64,000 nucleotides of DNA from Macrostomum lignano (taxonomy: Eukaryota), in the NCBI GenBank assembly GCA_002269645.1, contig NIVC01002272.1:1-64000 (forward strand), given 5' to 3'. Of this stretch, positions 1-12,800 are shown piece by piece. The notes below the pieces were generated by a model that saw only the letters and a list, made by a program, of their open reading frames with translations, had not been told where the DNA came from and did not search any database. Each line of letters opens with the position of its first letter. Position 1 is the first letter of the stretch. A program made the position numbers and the translations under genes.

Positions 1-3000
1 TACCGGCAGTTCGTCACCCTGGTGGACGGCGTGGTTGGTTCGCTCGCCCTGCTGCAGGCCGACATGGACAATGTGAGCCACGAACTCCTCCCTGTTCAGA
101 GCATTCGTGCCCTCTTCCAAAGCCGCGCTGGACCACTTGGCTACGGCCTCCTGTGCAGCCATGCCCTCATGTACTTTTAACTCTACTTCAAGTAGAAGCA
201 TGGGAAAGTTTGTTTCTTTGAAAGTTTTTTGAAGGCCTATTTTGCGCGAAAATTTACGCCGCTGAGTTCAGGAAAGCAAGAACTATCACCTTTTTTTATC
301 ATCAATCCTTATGTAATCGATCTTGTTGACGCATTTCAGTTTTTGTACTTTAAAGACGAGCTGATGCAGCAGCTGCTGCCACCGAACCTGCTGCTGCAGC
401 TGTCGCTCATTTCCGGGAAACTGTTTCGAAGGTGAGTGAGAGTTTTATCCACCACCTGTTTTCCCTGAAGACAATCTGCTTTTCTACCTTTTTATCTACC
501 ATATTAACTACCTATCTAACAAGATAACTTCTTACCTAACGGGGGGTCTAGCATGACTCTCTGATGTGCCAGCGTCCCAGGCTCGATTCCAAGTGCAGTC
601 ACATTAATTTGAGGCTAAATTGCAATCTCGGCTTGGCTCTGCTCACGCAATTAACGCCCAGCTTGAGGGCCAACCCTCCAAGGCACAGTGAAGTGTACAT
701 GCCTAACTATAAATAAAATCAGGACTATGACTGTACACTCCTGTGTGAGTGTGTGCCTGTGCGTATGACTGCGTACGTATCCGCGCGCTTGTGTGCCTGT
801 TCAGGGGAGTCGGCAGTAATGCCTCTCGCCGGTTGTGTGACAATGTCGCTTAAAGTTCGAAAGCGAAACATCCTGTTAGAGACTTTTGACAGTATCCGGG
901 ACGATTTGCGTCGAGGCGAGCATCAATTTGCTGTTCCAGAGTGCACTCAACCCCCTAAAAGTAACTTCTTACCTACTAATCAACCTACCCACCGCCCACC
1001 GCTCCGCCAGCTACTCGGACCTGCAGTTCCCCCTGTGGGAGCTGCTCCGCCTGGTCCGGGTGTACTCCTCGCCCTGGGAGGAGAAGAAGGCCGCCCTGCA
1101 GAAGATGCACGAGGACTACGCGCGCAAGAAAAGCCAGCTGGAGATCGCGCTTCGACGTCTGACTACGCAGGACGCGGAGGTGAAGCGCGCAGGCCGGGAG
1201 CGGCGCATCATGAACTGGGAGAAGCTGTTCGCCCGGTGCAGATGGCCCGCGGCCACGGCCGGCGCTGGAAGTTCCGGATGCACGATTTCAAAAAACGCGC
1301 CGCAATGGGCGTCGAACATCTGGGAAAATATTTTGCCGAAGATCAGAGCGACCTGGAGTCGGATGTCGAACCGTCAGAGGCTGGCGAGGACGCCGAGGTC
1401 GAGGTTGATGAAGCCGACAGGGAGGCTGGGGAGGCGGACGAATCCCCTGCTGATGAGGCGGCACAGCGGGAAAACGCCGAGGAGAAAACCACGGCCGCTG
1501 TGGAGCAGGTGGCGGAGGAATTTCCTGAGATTGAGCTCGAGTCTATGAGCGAGATCAACGCGGAGGAGCCCGAAGAGCCGGTTAGTTGCTATGGGGTTGC
1601 TATGGTGTTGCTATGGGGTTGCTATGGTGTTGCTATGGTGTTGCTGTGTGGTGTTGCTACGATGTTATGGCGTTGCTACGCCGTTACTAAGCCGTTGCTA
1701 AAATGTTGCTACGCCGTTACTAAGCCGTTGCTAGAGTGTTGCTACGGCCTTGCTGCGACAATGCTTCTTTGGCGTTGCTTTGGTCTGGCTTAAGTGTTGT
1801 TAGGACGCTTTTTAAATTTCTTACTCGGTTTTGCTTTCGTTTTTCTGCTATTCTTAATAATCAATATTCCTCAATAGAAAAACACTTAAAAAAACCCATT
1901 TTCAGCTGTACCAAGAAGCAACAGACGTGAAAAGTGTTTCCGTAAGTACTACTTACACTATCATTGGCAGCAATGCGGTTGTTCGAACTATAATTATTCT
2001 GTCCAACTCGCAGATGCCAGCCGAGATCGCTCTGCCAGTTGAGACGGCCGATGCCGAGGTGTGGACTCACGAGCCGGAGTTTGGCAGGCGCCTGCACGTG
2101 CGGGTTTACCCAGCCAAGCAGGTCAAGGCCAAGCAGGTGTCTGTTGAGGTCGAGTTTGATGACGGAGGTGACGAAGAACCCGCCTGCCACCAGCTGGAGG
2201 TGCAGGACGTCCTGGTGCCCGCCGCAGATGAGAAGCGTCGGATGCCGCGTAGGCGTCAGGTGCGCGCATAAAATTGACCTTGTTGCTATGGCGTTGCTGT
2301 GGTTTTGCTAAGTTGCTATGGAGTTGTTTATGACGTTGCTATGGAGTTGTTTATGACGTTGCTATGGAGTTGTTTATGACGTTGATATGGAGTTGTTTAT
2401 GTCGTTGCTACGGAGTTGTTTATGTCGTTGCTATGGAGTTGTTTATGTCGTTGCTATGGTTTTTTATCTTACTATAGCTGTTATTATGTTTTTAGAGTCG
2501 TTTTTTATTTCTCTGACAGGGCGCAGCGGCTGACGAAAACGGTTCAGGCGCCGGCGGAGCGGCGGCGGCGGCGGCCGCTTTCCAGGAGGTGAGCTTCTTG
2601 GTGCCCGACGGTGTGGCACCGGAGCACGGCGGTCCGCAGCTGCGCATCAACGTGCAGAACGAGCGGATGGACCGGGTTGGCTCGGTAGTCCTCAGCCTCC
2701 GACAGCTGGTCGACGCCGACCTGCTCACTCTGGACGTCGGCGCCGACGACAGCGCTGCTGGCAACGAGGACGAGTTGGAACGGCGTCGACGGACGCTGGA
2801 GGAGCTCGGGCCGATCGAGTACCCGATGCTGCTCAACGACATCGAGGCTGGACAGCTGCCCATGCTGGTCTACTGGACTCGATGGCCTGTGCCGCGAGTT
2901 GCCGAAAGGGACAATAGTGAGTTGCTATGGATTTGTTTATGGCGTTGCTATGGACTTGCTGTCAGAAAATTATGGTTATACTGTTGATATGGCGTTGCTA

Positions 3001-5730
3001 TGGATAAGCTTTTTGTGTACGTTACCACAACGTTGCTATGGCGTTTTAAAATTTCAGGTGTTTACTTAATGAAAGTTTTTAAGTTCAATATTTTCGTTAA
3101 AGAAAATAGTTAGGTCAAAATGCGTGCATCGGTATGCTCCAAAGTTTCTATACAACTTAGTTATAATGATAGAGCTAGTTTTGTAATCATTCTCATATTT
3201 GCTGTTGACTTATTCAGTTTGTGAGGTGACATTGGGACTGATTTATTGCATGAACTGCCTGCCCGATTTAATTTCAGCTCCATTTAGACAGGCACTGGCA
3301 CCGTCTATGGTAATTTCCTATGATTTCATCCAGTTTTGAGCACAACGCAACCCCTTCACCGCGTTCCGTCACTTCACTCTAAGTTGATTAAAAGAAAAAG
3401 TCAACTGTAGAGAAGTGGAAGTCACACCCCATTGTTACTCTGTGTTATTCATTGTCACCAGCCTGTCGATTTGAATTTTTGATACTTAACCATTTACCAA
3501 TGCAAGATTCCCGTTTGTTTTTGCTACTTGCCCAGCCATCGGAGCTTTTGTGCACTTTGGGTGCCTGCTTGACGCCCGTTTGACCAAATTTAATTTCCAT
3601 TGTTCAAGTACGAGCAAGTACATTGAAGTACATCATGTCTTGCTCAAGGACACAAATTGTTCCGAGTGGGTCAAGAATCGAACCCCCGACCTTTCAGTCG
3701 GTGAGTCCGACGCTCTGAACCACTAGGCTGCAACCCCCCATTAAGCTACAATTCCCCTCTGAAGTACATGACGTCCTTTTAATAGCGAGGTACTTGGAAC
3801 TACTAACTAGAAATGCATAATGTTTACTCTGCTGCATTATAAATATAATTTTACTAATCTGTACTAATCAGGTGTAAGTTTATGCAGAGCAAATAAATTG
3901 GGAATAGACACGTTAGTGCTGTACATCAACACCGCCACCCACCATCATCGTCATCTGCGCGTCACCTGCAGACACCGCCTCGGTGTTCGAGCTGGTCGAG
4001 GAGCTGACTGGCATCGACCTGACGAAGGTCACCAAGGAGGAGCTGACCAGGGAGAAGATCGACGCGTGCATGTCGCCGAGGCCGATGACGCCGCAGCCTG
4101 TGAGACGGTTTTCATAAGAGGGAATCGCAGTATAGGCTAGACTTACTAACACTACTCATACTTGACTAATTATCCTACTTATCAGTAGTGAGCAGTGAAA
4201 ACTGCAACCATTTTAGCTGCATTTAGAGCTAGAATTGTTGGTTAATTCTAAAAATCAGTGCACGCGAGTTTAAACAAATTCATTAAATTTTTAAATTATT
4301 TGCTATTTCCAGGAAAACGTTCCGAGAGAGGAATTCGACAAGTTGAACGAGGAATTTTCTGAGAAGTTCGCTCAACTTGAGAGAGATTACGTGTAAGATT
4401 AAGCGGCTATTTTGTTTGTCAGACTACCTGGATTGAGTGGTTGGGATTTTACGGCTCCTAGTGTAGGGGGTAAAACCAAACCACGCTCTAAAGGTTGTGG
4501 GTTCGAATCCCCGGCACGGCCTCGTTAATTTGAGATTCTGAAAGTCCCCAAGTGAAAGAGCCACCAAGTGACGAGAAATCAAACCCTTGTCACTTAATCT
4601 TAGTTCCAGAGTCAGGTGATCTCGCATTTTTGCAGGGAAAAGCTGAAAGCGCTCGAGGCTCAGCTGAGCAGCAGCGAGGCGCCGGCGACAGCGACGCAAC
4701 AGCAGGCCGCCGCCGCGGACACGCAGGAGCGAGCGACCAGCGCCCAGCGCTCCCTGCCGGGTTCGCGGCGGTCGTCTGGGAGGAGAGCGACGCCGCAGCT
4801 GGCGCAGCAGCAGCAGGCGGCTGAAGAGACTGCGGTGAGCTTGAAGATTAAAAAATTTCTATATTATTCTAGAAGTGCATGTACATGTAATGAAAACAAG
4901 GCACAGAGAGTGGACATGCCTGACGACATGCCTGACGACATGCCTGATGACATGCCTGACGACATGCCTGACGACATGCCTGACGACAAGCCTGACGACA
5001 TGCCTGACGACATGCCTGACGACATGCCTGACGACATGCCTGACGACATGCCTAACGAGATGCCTGACGACATGCCTAACGACATGCCTGACGACATGCC
5101 TGACGTTTGTGTGTGCTCAGGGGTTACTATTATTATTGTTGATTTTCACTAACTCGATATTTGCACTTGCAGCAACAGCAGCAGCAGCCGCCAAAGAAGC
5201 CGGGCATCCGCGTGCCTCCCCGACCGCAGCGCCCAAAGAAGAACTTCATGGTGGGCCGGCCGCTGCCAGCCTGGGGCGAGGACCTGCCAGAAGATTTCTT
5301 CGAGCGCATGGAGCTGCTCAACCACCTGACTCGCGAGCACAAGGCCCGCCTCGTTGCTCAGATTCGAGCCGAGATTGCTCGAGAAGTTGAGGCTCAGCTG
5401 ATGGAGCTGTCGCGACTGGCCGCTGGCTACGATGATGATGAAGATGAGCAGGGAGAGGTCGGGGAGGCTGGAGAGGACAGGCGGCAGCTGAGCTCAGCTG
5501 ACGAGGTCACCATTCCTGCGCTGTTCATGCCGCAGCGGGGCGAGCGCAAGGTGTACAACCCCAGGGCGCACCTGTACTTCCAGCCGCACGGCATCAAAGG
5601 TGCTCGGCTCACTCAGCCGCCCTCTATGCTGAGCCTGCCGCCGCTGCCTGCTGTGAGTCTGATGGAGGATGGGGCCGCGGCACTGCCGAGGTTTCTCACT
5701 GGAAATAAAGGGCTTCCAATCCTGCCATAA
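1..5730 (+). CDS. Multi-exon uncharacterised protein, 5' end outside window; coiled-coil, acidic and low-complexity segments; one apparent frameshift near 1235
   Basis: Phase-consistent GT-AG exons at about 1-72, 340-431, 1011-1580, 2014-2259, 2520-2916, 3972-4099, 4313-4392, 4636-4834 and 5173-5730 (TAA). GC-rich codon pattern. Reads ...WELLRLVRVYSSPWEEKK...NWEKLFAR/VQMARGHGRRWKFR...ALFMPQRGERKVYNPRAHLYFQPHG. Family not recognised with confidence. Confidence 0.75.
541..780 (+). mobile_element. SINE-like family B
   Basis: CCCAGGCTCGATTCCAAGTGCAGT...GTGAAGTGTACATGCCTAAC...CTGTACACTCCTGTGT is shared with the reverse complement of about 47655-47865; B-box-like GGCTCGATTCC. Confidence 0.6.
1586..1800 (+). 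repeat. Degenerate GTTGCTATGG decamer array (also at 2281-2460 as a 23-bp unit and at 2921-3050)
   Basis: Direct reading; lies at the 5' end of introns. Confidence 0.85.
3636..3738 (-). mobile_element. SINE family A, partial copy
   Basis: Reverse complement closely matches 11589-11690. Confidence 0.7.
4914..5104 (+). repeat. 12-bp intronic minisatellite ATGCCTGACGAC
   Basis: About 16 copies. Confidence 0.95.
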
Positions 5731-5752
5731 GCCTTCCGAATCTTATCCCAAA

Positions 5753-6830
5753 CAATCTGATCCCAAATCGACAATCTGATCCCAGATCGACAATCTGATC
5801 CAAATCGACAATCTGATCCCAAATCGACAATCTGATCCCAAATCGACAATCTGATCCCAAATCGACAATCTGATCCCAAATCGACAATCTGATCCCAGAT
5901 CGACAATCTGATCCCAGATCGACAATCTGATCCCAGATCGACAATCTGATCCCAGATCGACAATCTGATCCCAAATCGAAAATCTGATCCCAGATCGACA
6001 ATCTGATCCCAAATCGAAAATCTGATCCCAGATCGACAATCTGATCCCAAATCGACAATCTGATCCCAAATCGACAATCTGATCCCAAATCGACAATCTG
6101 ATCCCAAATCGACAATCTGATCCCAAATCGACAATCTGATCCCAGATCGACAATCTGATCCCAAATCGAAAATCTGATCCCAGATCGACAATCTGATCCC
6201 AAATCGACAATCTGATCCCAGATCGACTATCTGATCCCAAATCGACAATCTGATCCCAAATCGAAAATCTGATCCCAGATCGACAATCTGATCCCAGATC
6301 GACAATCTGATCCCAAATCGACAATCTGATCCCAAATCGACAATCTGATCCCAGATCGACAATCTGATCCCAAATCGATATCTGATCCCAAATCGACAAT
6401 CTGATCCCAAATCGACAATCTGATCCCAAATTGACAATCTGATCCCAAATCGACAATCTGATCCTAAATCGACAATCTGATCCCAAATCGACAATCTGAT
6501 CCCAAATTGACAATCTGATCCCAGATCGACAATCTGATCCCAAATCGACAATCTGATCCCAGATCGACTATCTGATCCCAAATCGACAATCTGATCCCAA
6601 ATCGAAAATCTGATCCCAGATCGACAATCTGATCCCAGATCGACAATCTGATCCCAGATCGACAATCTGATCCCAAATCGAAAATCTGATCCCAGATCGA
6701 CAATCTGATCCTAGATCGACAATCTGATCCCAGATCGACTATCTGATCCCAAATCGACAATCTGATCCCAAATCGACAATCTGATCCCAAATCGACAATC
6801 TGATCCCAAATCGACTATCTGATCGCAAAG
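5753..6830 (+). repeat. 19-bp minisatellite GACAATCTGATCCCAAATC just downstream of a stop codon
   Basis: About 55 copies, starting about 20 nt after TAA 5730. Confidence 0.95.
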
Positions 6831-8080
6831 CGAGAATCTCATCTAAAGAATACTATTTAAAGTCAAATATGAACTACAAGTAGATGGGAATATTTGTTAT
6901 TGCACTGTACATGTGAATGTTTGCAGCAGCCCCCTTACACTTCCGCTTGCAATTTCTCATACAATTTTCCAGCGAACTTCAGTCCTGAATTTGTTCGATG
7001 TGAGCAGTCGACCAGCAGCTCAGAGCGTCACCGCCCCGCCTCCCAACGTCAGCATTCAGACTCAGCTGAGCATGCTCAAGAAAACTGTCAATTAAATGCA
7101 GAGAGAAATCATTCTGTACTATTAATAAAAATAATTGACCACCCGAACCAATTTTCTGTATTTTGGCCCCTCTGTATGAATGAATTTAACTTAAAATTGC
7201 CTCAGATGATTTACATGTACAATCGAATTAACAAATTTGTTAATTTAGATTTTGATTTTCAACAGTGCATCATAATGTACTTTATATAAGCACAAATTGT
7301 TGTTGTGCCTTAAAATAAAAAAAAACACGTCGAAAAGCTTTCCTTTTACTTTAAACATGTGTCTAACTTCACGTGTTTTAAATTATTTATTTTATCGTGA
7401 TATTTTCAGACGATATTTTTCCACATGCTTTGCTTGCTTTTGTATTTTTTACAGATTTTCAAATCAGTGGATATTTCATTCATTCCGGCCTTAGCTTTGA
7501 ACTTCTGCCATTCTTGTAGCAAACTATTTGTTAATTCTTTGAAAAATCTGTTTCTTAGAAGCGTTTGCCGTTTAGCTTGTAGATTAACAAATCAGGATTA
7601 GATAAGCAATCGATCAAGGCTTAATGAACAAGTCCGAATTGGATCGATAAAGCAGAGTTAAATAAGAATAATATCAATTGTCAAACGAATACACATGAAT
7701 TCAAAAAACTAATAAATATTTGAATTTAGACAACCAAAATACGAACCACTACGAAACAAATTAAATCAACCAGTTATGAAAGAAGAAATGTTGAAAAAAA
7801 TAAGCTAAACATAAATAAAAACGAACAAATGTCTAATTCAAATAAACTAAAATCAAAGTTACAGAAGCAATTCAAAACATTAAAATAAAATCTGGATTAT
7901 AGAAAATCACATAAAAGTTTGATTATCAAATCAAAAGCCAAGATTAAGTAAAAATTACTATTAGATAAACAAACCAGATCAGAATAACGTAAATATGTAA
8001 ATTACAATAAAATATAAGAATAAATTAGTAATTAAATTTCATTGCAATTTTTTCAGCTCTGGGTCGCAATTATCGGGCGC

Positions 8081-9220
8081 ATGGAATCCGAAATTGCAGA
8101 CCTACAAAACCCGGAAGTGCCGCAGTGCCTCTACTGGTCAGCCGAGCAGGTGGCGGACTGGGTGTCCAGCCTCGGACTCGGCCAGTACCGGGACTGCTTC
8201 CTCACCAACGGCATCAACGGGCGCCGTCTGGTTCTGGTTGACGCGTCAAATTTGCCTAAAATCGGGGTGCACGAGTTTCAGCACGTGCAGGCGTTGAGCG
8301 GAGCTGTGCGCGACCTGCTGAAGATCGAGAGCCCTAGATGGGATCGGTGGGTCACGGCTCTGCTCTTTTGCCTTCGAATTTGTACTTTTGGCACAAAAAT
8401 GTTTTACTTTTAATAATAACTGTCGCGTCAAAATACATTGAAGCATCTGGATTTGCGCCAATTCAAATGTCAAGAATTGGCGCCAAATTGAGTGTCCTAG
8501 GATTTGCGCCAAATTAGGAGTCAGAGCGTTGGCGCCAGATTTAGTCTCTCAGCGTTGGCGCTAAATTTAGTGTCAGGATTGGCGCCAAATTTAGTGTCAG
8601 GATTGGCGCCAAATTTAGTGTCAGGATTGGCGTCAAATTTAGTGTCAGGATTGGCGCCAAATTTAGTGTCAGGATTGGCGCCAAATTTAGTGTCAGGATT
8701 GGCGTCAAATTTAGTGTCAGGATTGGCGCCAAATTTAGTGTCAGAATTAGCGCCAAATTTAGTGTCAGGATTGGCGCCAAATTTAGTGTCAGGGCGCCAA
8801 ATTTAGTGTCAGGATTGGCGTCAAATTTAGTGTCAGGATTGGCGCCAAATTTAGTGTCAGGATTGGCGCCAAATTTAGTGTCAGGATTAGAGAAAGTAAT
8901 TGTCAGGATTGGCGCTAAATTAAATGTCATGATTGGCGCCCACTTCAGTGTCAGTATCGACGCCAAATTCCGTGTCAGGGTATCAGGTAAAGCGTCAGTT
9001 GCAGCCATTGATAAGACTATATTCTAAACCCATTTCCAGCCGCATCTACCTGCCGCCCCGCGACAACCTCGGCATGTACCTGGAGATGAAAAGCAAAACC
9101 GGGAAGTCTCTAGACGAGCTGACCTACGATAAATTCAATGCGAAATTCTCCGACGCGAAGTGGAGACCCCCGTGGCGAACATGTGCCTCCTGCTGCCGCC
9201 CAGCTCTGACGAGTGACTGA
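8081..9220 (+). CDS. SAMD15: SAM-domain protein, SAMD15-like, 2 coding exons
   Basis: Exons 8081-8346 (ATG; donor GTGGGT) and 9040-9220 (acceptor TTTCCAG). WSAEQVADWVSSLGLGQYRDCFLTNGINGRRL...SNLPKIGVHEFQH is a SAM fold. The continuation RIYLPPRDNLGMYLEMKSKTGKSLDELT matches the recalled SAMD15 C-terminal signature (ISLPxRDxxGLYLExKxxTGxxSDxLT). Confidence 0.8.
8475..8900 (+). repeat. 24-bp intronic minisatellite AATTTAGTGTCAGGATTGGCGCCA
   Basis: Within the SAMD15 intron. Confidence 0.95.
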
Positions 9221-9846
9221 AAATTTAACTGAAAAATTTAGGCTTTTGTTATATTTTTTAGTTTGTTTAATTTTGATAGACGGAAGTTTGAATTCGCGCC
9301 GGAAAGCGTTTGACGATTGTTAAACTCTAATCTGAATAATTAAACAACAAAGATATCTGCTAAACCTATCTTCTGAATTATGTTTCCGTCCAGTGTTTAT
9401 CTGTTTTTATGTTTTACTGGCCTGCTATTTTTGCAAGAAGATAAAATTCTCGCGCACAATTTCTCTGCTGCATGAATTTCGTGTAAGATATCGATTATTT
9501 TCTGATCTTTTAAAATTCTTATTATACACTTTCTATTATGCTCTTAAAATAAAACCTTGCTGCTTCACAGATTCTCCGTTTTTCGTATGAATTTTCGTTT
9601 GATTTTATACATAACTTCAATAATTTTGGTAGTAAGTGATTGTAGGAATCTAGGAGATAATTATATAGGTTTTCAATAATTTTATAAAGCGTAGATGTAT
9701 TATCAGTGGGTAATTACTATTTTGTTTAAACCGACAAACACATCAGTGTTTAAAGATGGTTTAAAATGCGTTAAAATAAGTTTCTAAGAAACCGGTCCAC
9801 TTTAACATCAGTTTTAGCTTTTCCGGTGTTGCACTTGCGAAACGTC

Positions 9847-12800
9847 ATGCTGTCTGTCTCGCAGGATTTCCAGAAGCCGCCGCCGCCTCCGTCCCGGACT
9901 TTGCTGTCGTCGCAGGAGGACCAGCGGGCCGGTGGTGACTCCCCGAACTCCTCCCTGACACCGTCATCGTCCTCGAGCTCGCTGTCATCGGACAGCGGCA
10001 GCAGCAGCGTGGTGTCCTCAAACTCCCCGATTGTCGGGAACCAGGCATCCGTCAATGTCGAAAACGATGCCAGCAGCGGTAGCAGCAGCGACGTAGACGA
10101 CGATGTTGACGGCGCCGCGGGAGCGTCGACAACGGCCACCACGATGATCGACCCGTCTGCCGACTCCGTCGGGATCTCCCCGGGCACCGACGATTCGGCG
10201 ATTCTCTCCGACGAAGGCGACACCGGACTGGACGCGGATCTCGACGTCGACTTCTTCGGCCTCGGCGATGACGTCACCGCCTGTCTCAGCCTGCTGACGT
10301 CGACAGCCGAAGTGCCCGAAGCGGAGGCCGGCTTCCTGGCCGACTTCCTCACCCGGCCGCCGCTGCCGACCATCTGCGGCCTCGGCGCCGTCATTCAGCG
10401 GCTGCGGCGGCACGGACCGCCGGCCAGTCCATTCCAGGAGATTCCGGGCGCCGCTGAAGACCTTCAAGACCCGATGCCACCGGTAATTGAAGACGTTTGT
10501 CGCATCGGCTCTCCGGACTCCGAGGCTCTGCTCCAACTGCTGCTCAGCCCTCACCTGGCGGCGCTCTGGGACTGCCTGCTGCGCGTCGCTCACCCGCCCG
10601 CTGACGAAACTTCGATCGACCTCGACGATTTTCTGGAAATCGACATCTCGACGGCCGTCGGCGACGCGCCGGACGCCGCCAACGACCCTGCCACCGTTCC
10701 GCTGCGCAGGCCGCAGCCGCCGCCTCAGAGGCCGCCGCCGCCTGCCGCTTTTCGGCGGAGCGTCATCGGCGGGGCGGCGGAGCGCACGCGGCATCGGCGG
10801 CGGAGCGCACCGCGCCGGAGCTTTTTTCCCGCGACGTCACCCTGCTGAAGGCGGCTGACCAGCCACTCGGCTTCACCGCTGTCCGCTGCATCTGCCCGAC
10901 GTCCCCAAAGCCTGCCGTGGCGGTGGCGGCGGCATCGGGGGACGACGGCACGGCGTCCTCATCTTCGCTGTCCGCCTCGCCGCGACAGGCGATCGCCGTC
11001 GCCCGCGTGCTGGCCGGCAGTCAGGCCGACGTCGCCGGAGGTCTCCACGTCGGCGACATCATTCGCGAGGCTAACGGCCAGCCAATGGAGACGCCCGAGG
11101 CGCTGCAGCGGCTGCTCAGGCAGACTGTCGGCCGGATCACCCTGCGCATCGAGTCGGAGACGCCGCCGGAGTCGCCGCTGTCGCCTCCGCCGCCGCCGAT
11201 GCCGGAGCCGCGGCTGCTGCGCGCCTGCTTCGACTACCAGCCTGAGCGGGACCCCCTGCTGCCCAGCCCCGAGCTGGGCCTGCGCTTCCGGCATGGCGAC
11301 GTCCTGGAGGTTGTCGACCAGAGCGACGAGGCCTTCTGGCAGGCCCGTCCGGCTGGTCGTCCGCGAGAACCGGCGCGCCTCATACCGTCGCAGACGCTCG
11401 AGGAGCGAAGGAAGGCGTTTTTCCCGGCGAGCAGGATCGTGCCCGGGCCCGCCGACAGGCGTGAGTGCAGGATGGGGTGGCTGATGGGGGATGTCGGGAT
11501 CCTTGGATGCACTGCGATTTATGGAGAATGAGGGATCTATCTAATGAGAATCTATGGGGAGTTTATGGAATGTGTTAAAGAGTGCAAAGGGGTTGCAGTC
11601 TAGTGGTTAGAGCGTAGGACTCACCGACTGAAAGGTCGGGGGTTCGATTCTCGACCCACTCGAAAAAATTTGTGACCTTGAGCAAGACACACTTAACTCT
11701 GCATTGCTTCAGTTCACCCAGCTGTAAAATGGGTGCCAGCATTAGCTGGGGTAATTGAGGGTGTGTGGGTTTATTCAATTATTTAAATATAAGAGTTTAT
11801 TGACTCTAAGGAGGGGTTTATTGAATATGGAAGGGGTTTATTGAATATTGACGGGGTTTATTGAATATGGAAGGGGTTTATTGAATATAGAAGGAGTTTA
11901 TTGAATATGGAAGGAGTTTATTGAATCTAAGAAAGAGTTTATTGAATTTAAGAGGGAGTTTATTGAATCTAAGAAGGAGTTTGTTGAATCTAAGATGGAG
12001 TTTGTTGAATCTAAGAAGGAGTTTGTTGAATCTAAGATGGAGTTTGTTGAATCTAAGATGGAGTTTATTGTATCTAAGAAGGAGTTTGTTGAATCTAAGA
12101 TGGAGTTTGTTGAATCTAAGATGGAGTTTATTGTATCTAAGAAGGAGTTTGTTGAATCTAAGAGGGAGTTCATTGAATCTAAGAAGGAGTTTATTGAATC
12201 TAAGAGGGAGTTTATTGAATCTAAGAGGGAGTTTATTAAATCTAAGAAGGAGTTTATTGTATCTAAGAAGGAGTTTATTGAATCTAAGAAGGAGTTTATT
12301 GAATCTAAGAGGGAGTTTATTAAATCTAAGAGGGAGTTTATTAAATCTAAGAGGGAGTTTATTGTATCTAAGAAGGAGTTTATTAAATCTAAGAAGGAGT
12401 TTATTGAATCTTAGAAGGAGTTTATTGTATCTAAGAAGGAGTTTATTAAATCTAAGAAGGAGTTCATTGAATCTTAGAAGGAGTTTATTGAATCTAAGAG
12501 GGAGTTTATGGCTCTCCATCTCCGTCTCTGTCGCCCCGCAGTGAAGCAGCTGTACACCAAGCTGCACCATCAGAAGCCGGTGATGTACAGAGCCCAATCA
12601 GCTGCCGATTTTGATCGCGCCGAGCTGGCGCTCTACGAGGACGTCGCCAGGCTGGCAGCGAGTCCCGTCTCCCTGCTGGTGCTCACTGGGCCCGGCTGCG
12701 CGGTGGGCAGAGACCTGCTGCGCAGGTGGCTCTGCAGGCAGTATCCTTTGAAGTTTGCCGCCCCAAGGCTCATATCCAGCGATCCGGAGCGATGCGGAGA

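Noticed and set aside
4455-4530. tRNA-like sequence (GGTTCGAATCCC), with a similar relic near 27755-27815
   Set aside because: Degenerate and intronic; probably another SINE head, too short to define.
1-5730. Gene symbol assignment (FAM186-like was considered)
   Set aside because: Only a vague recollection of similarity; not supportable without a search.
5613-6790. Long minus-strand ORFs (SIWDQIVDLGSDCRFGIRL repeats)
   Set aside because: Translation of a 19-bp stop-free minisatellite; open in several frames.
9771-11294. Antisense ORFs over the MAGUK exon (similar ones over DBT, TTC5 and the LINEs)
   Set aside because: Shadow ORFs of GC-rich coding sequence.
11589-11665. tRNA gene
   Set aside because: A and B boxes are present but run into a SINE body that recurs in several diverged copies; no convincing cloverleaf.
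11878-12597. ORFs with LRFNKLL / EFIESKK repeats
   Set aside because: 21-bp intronic minisatellite inside the MAGUK intron.
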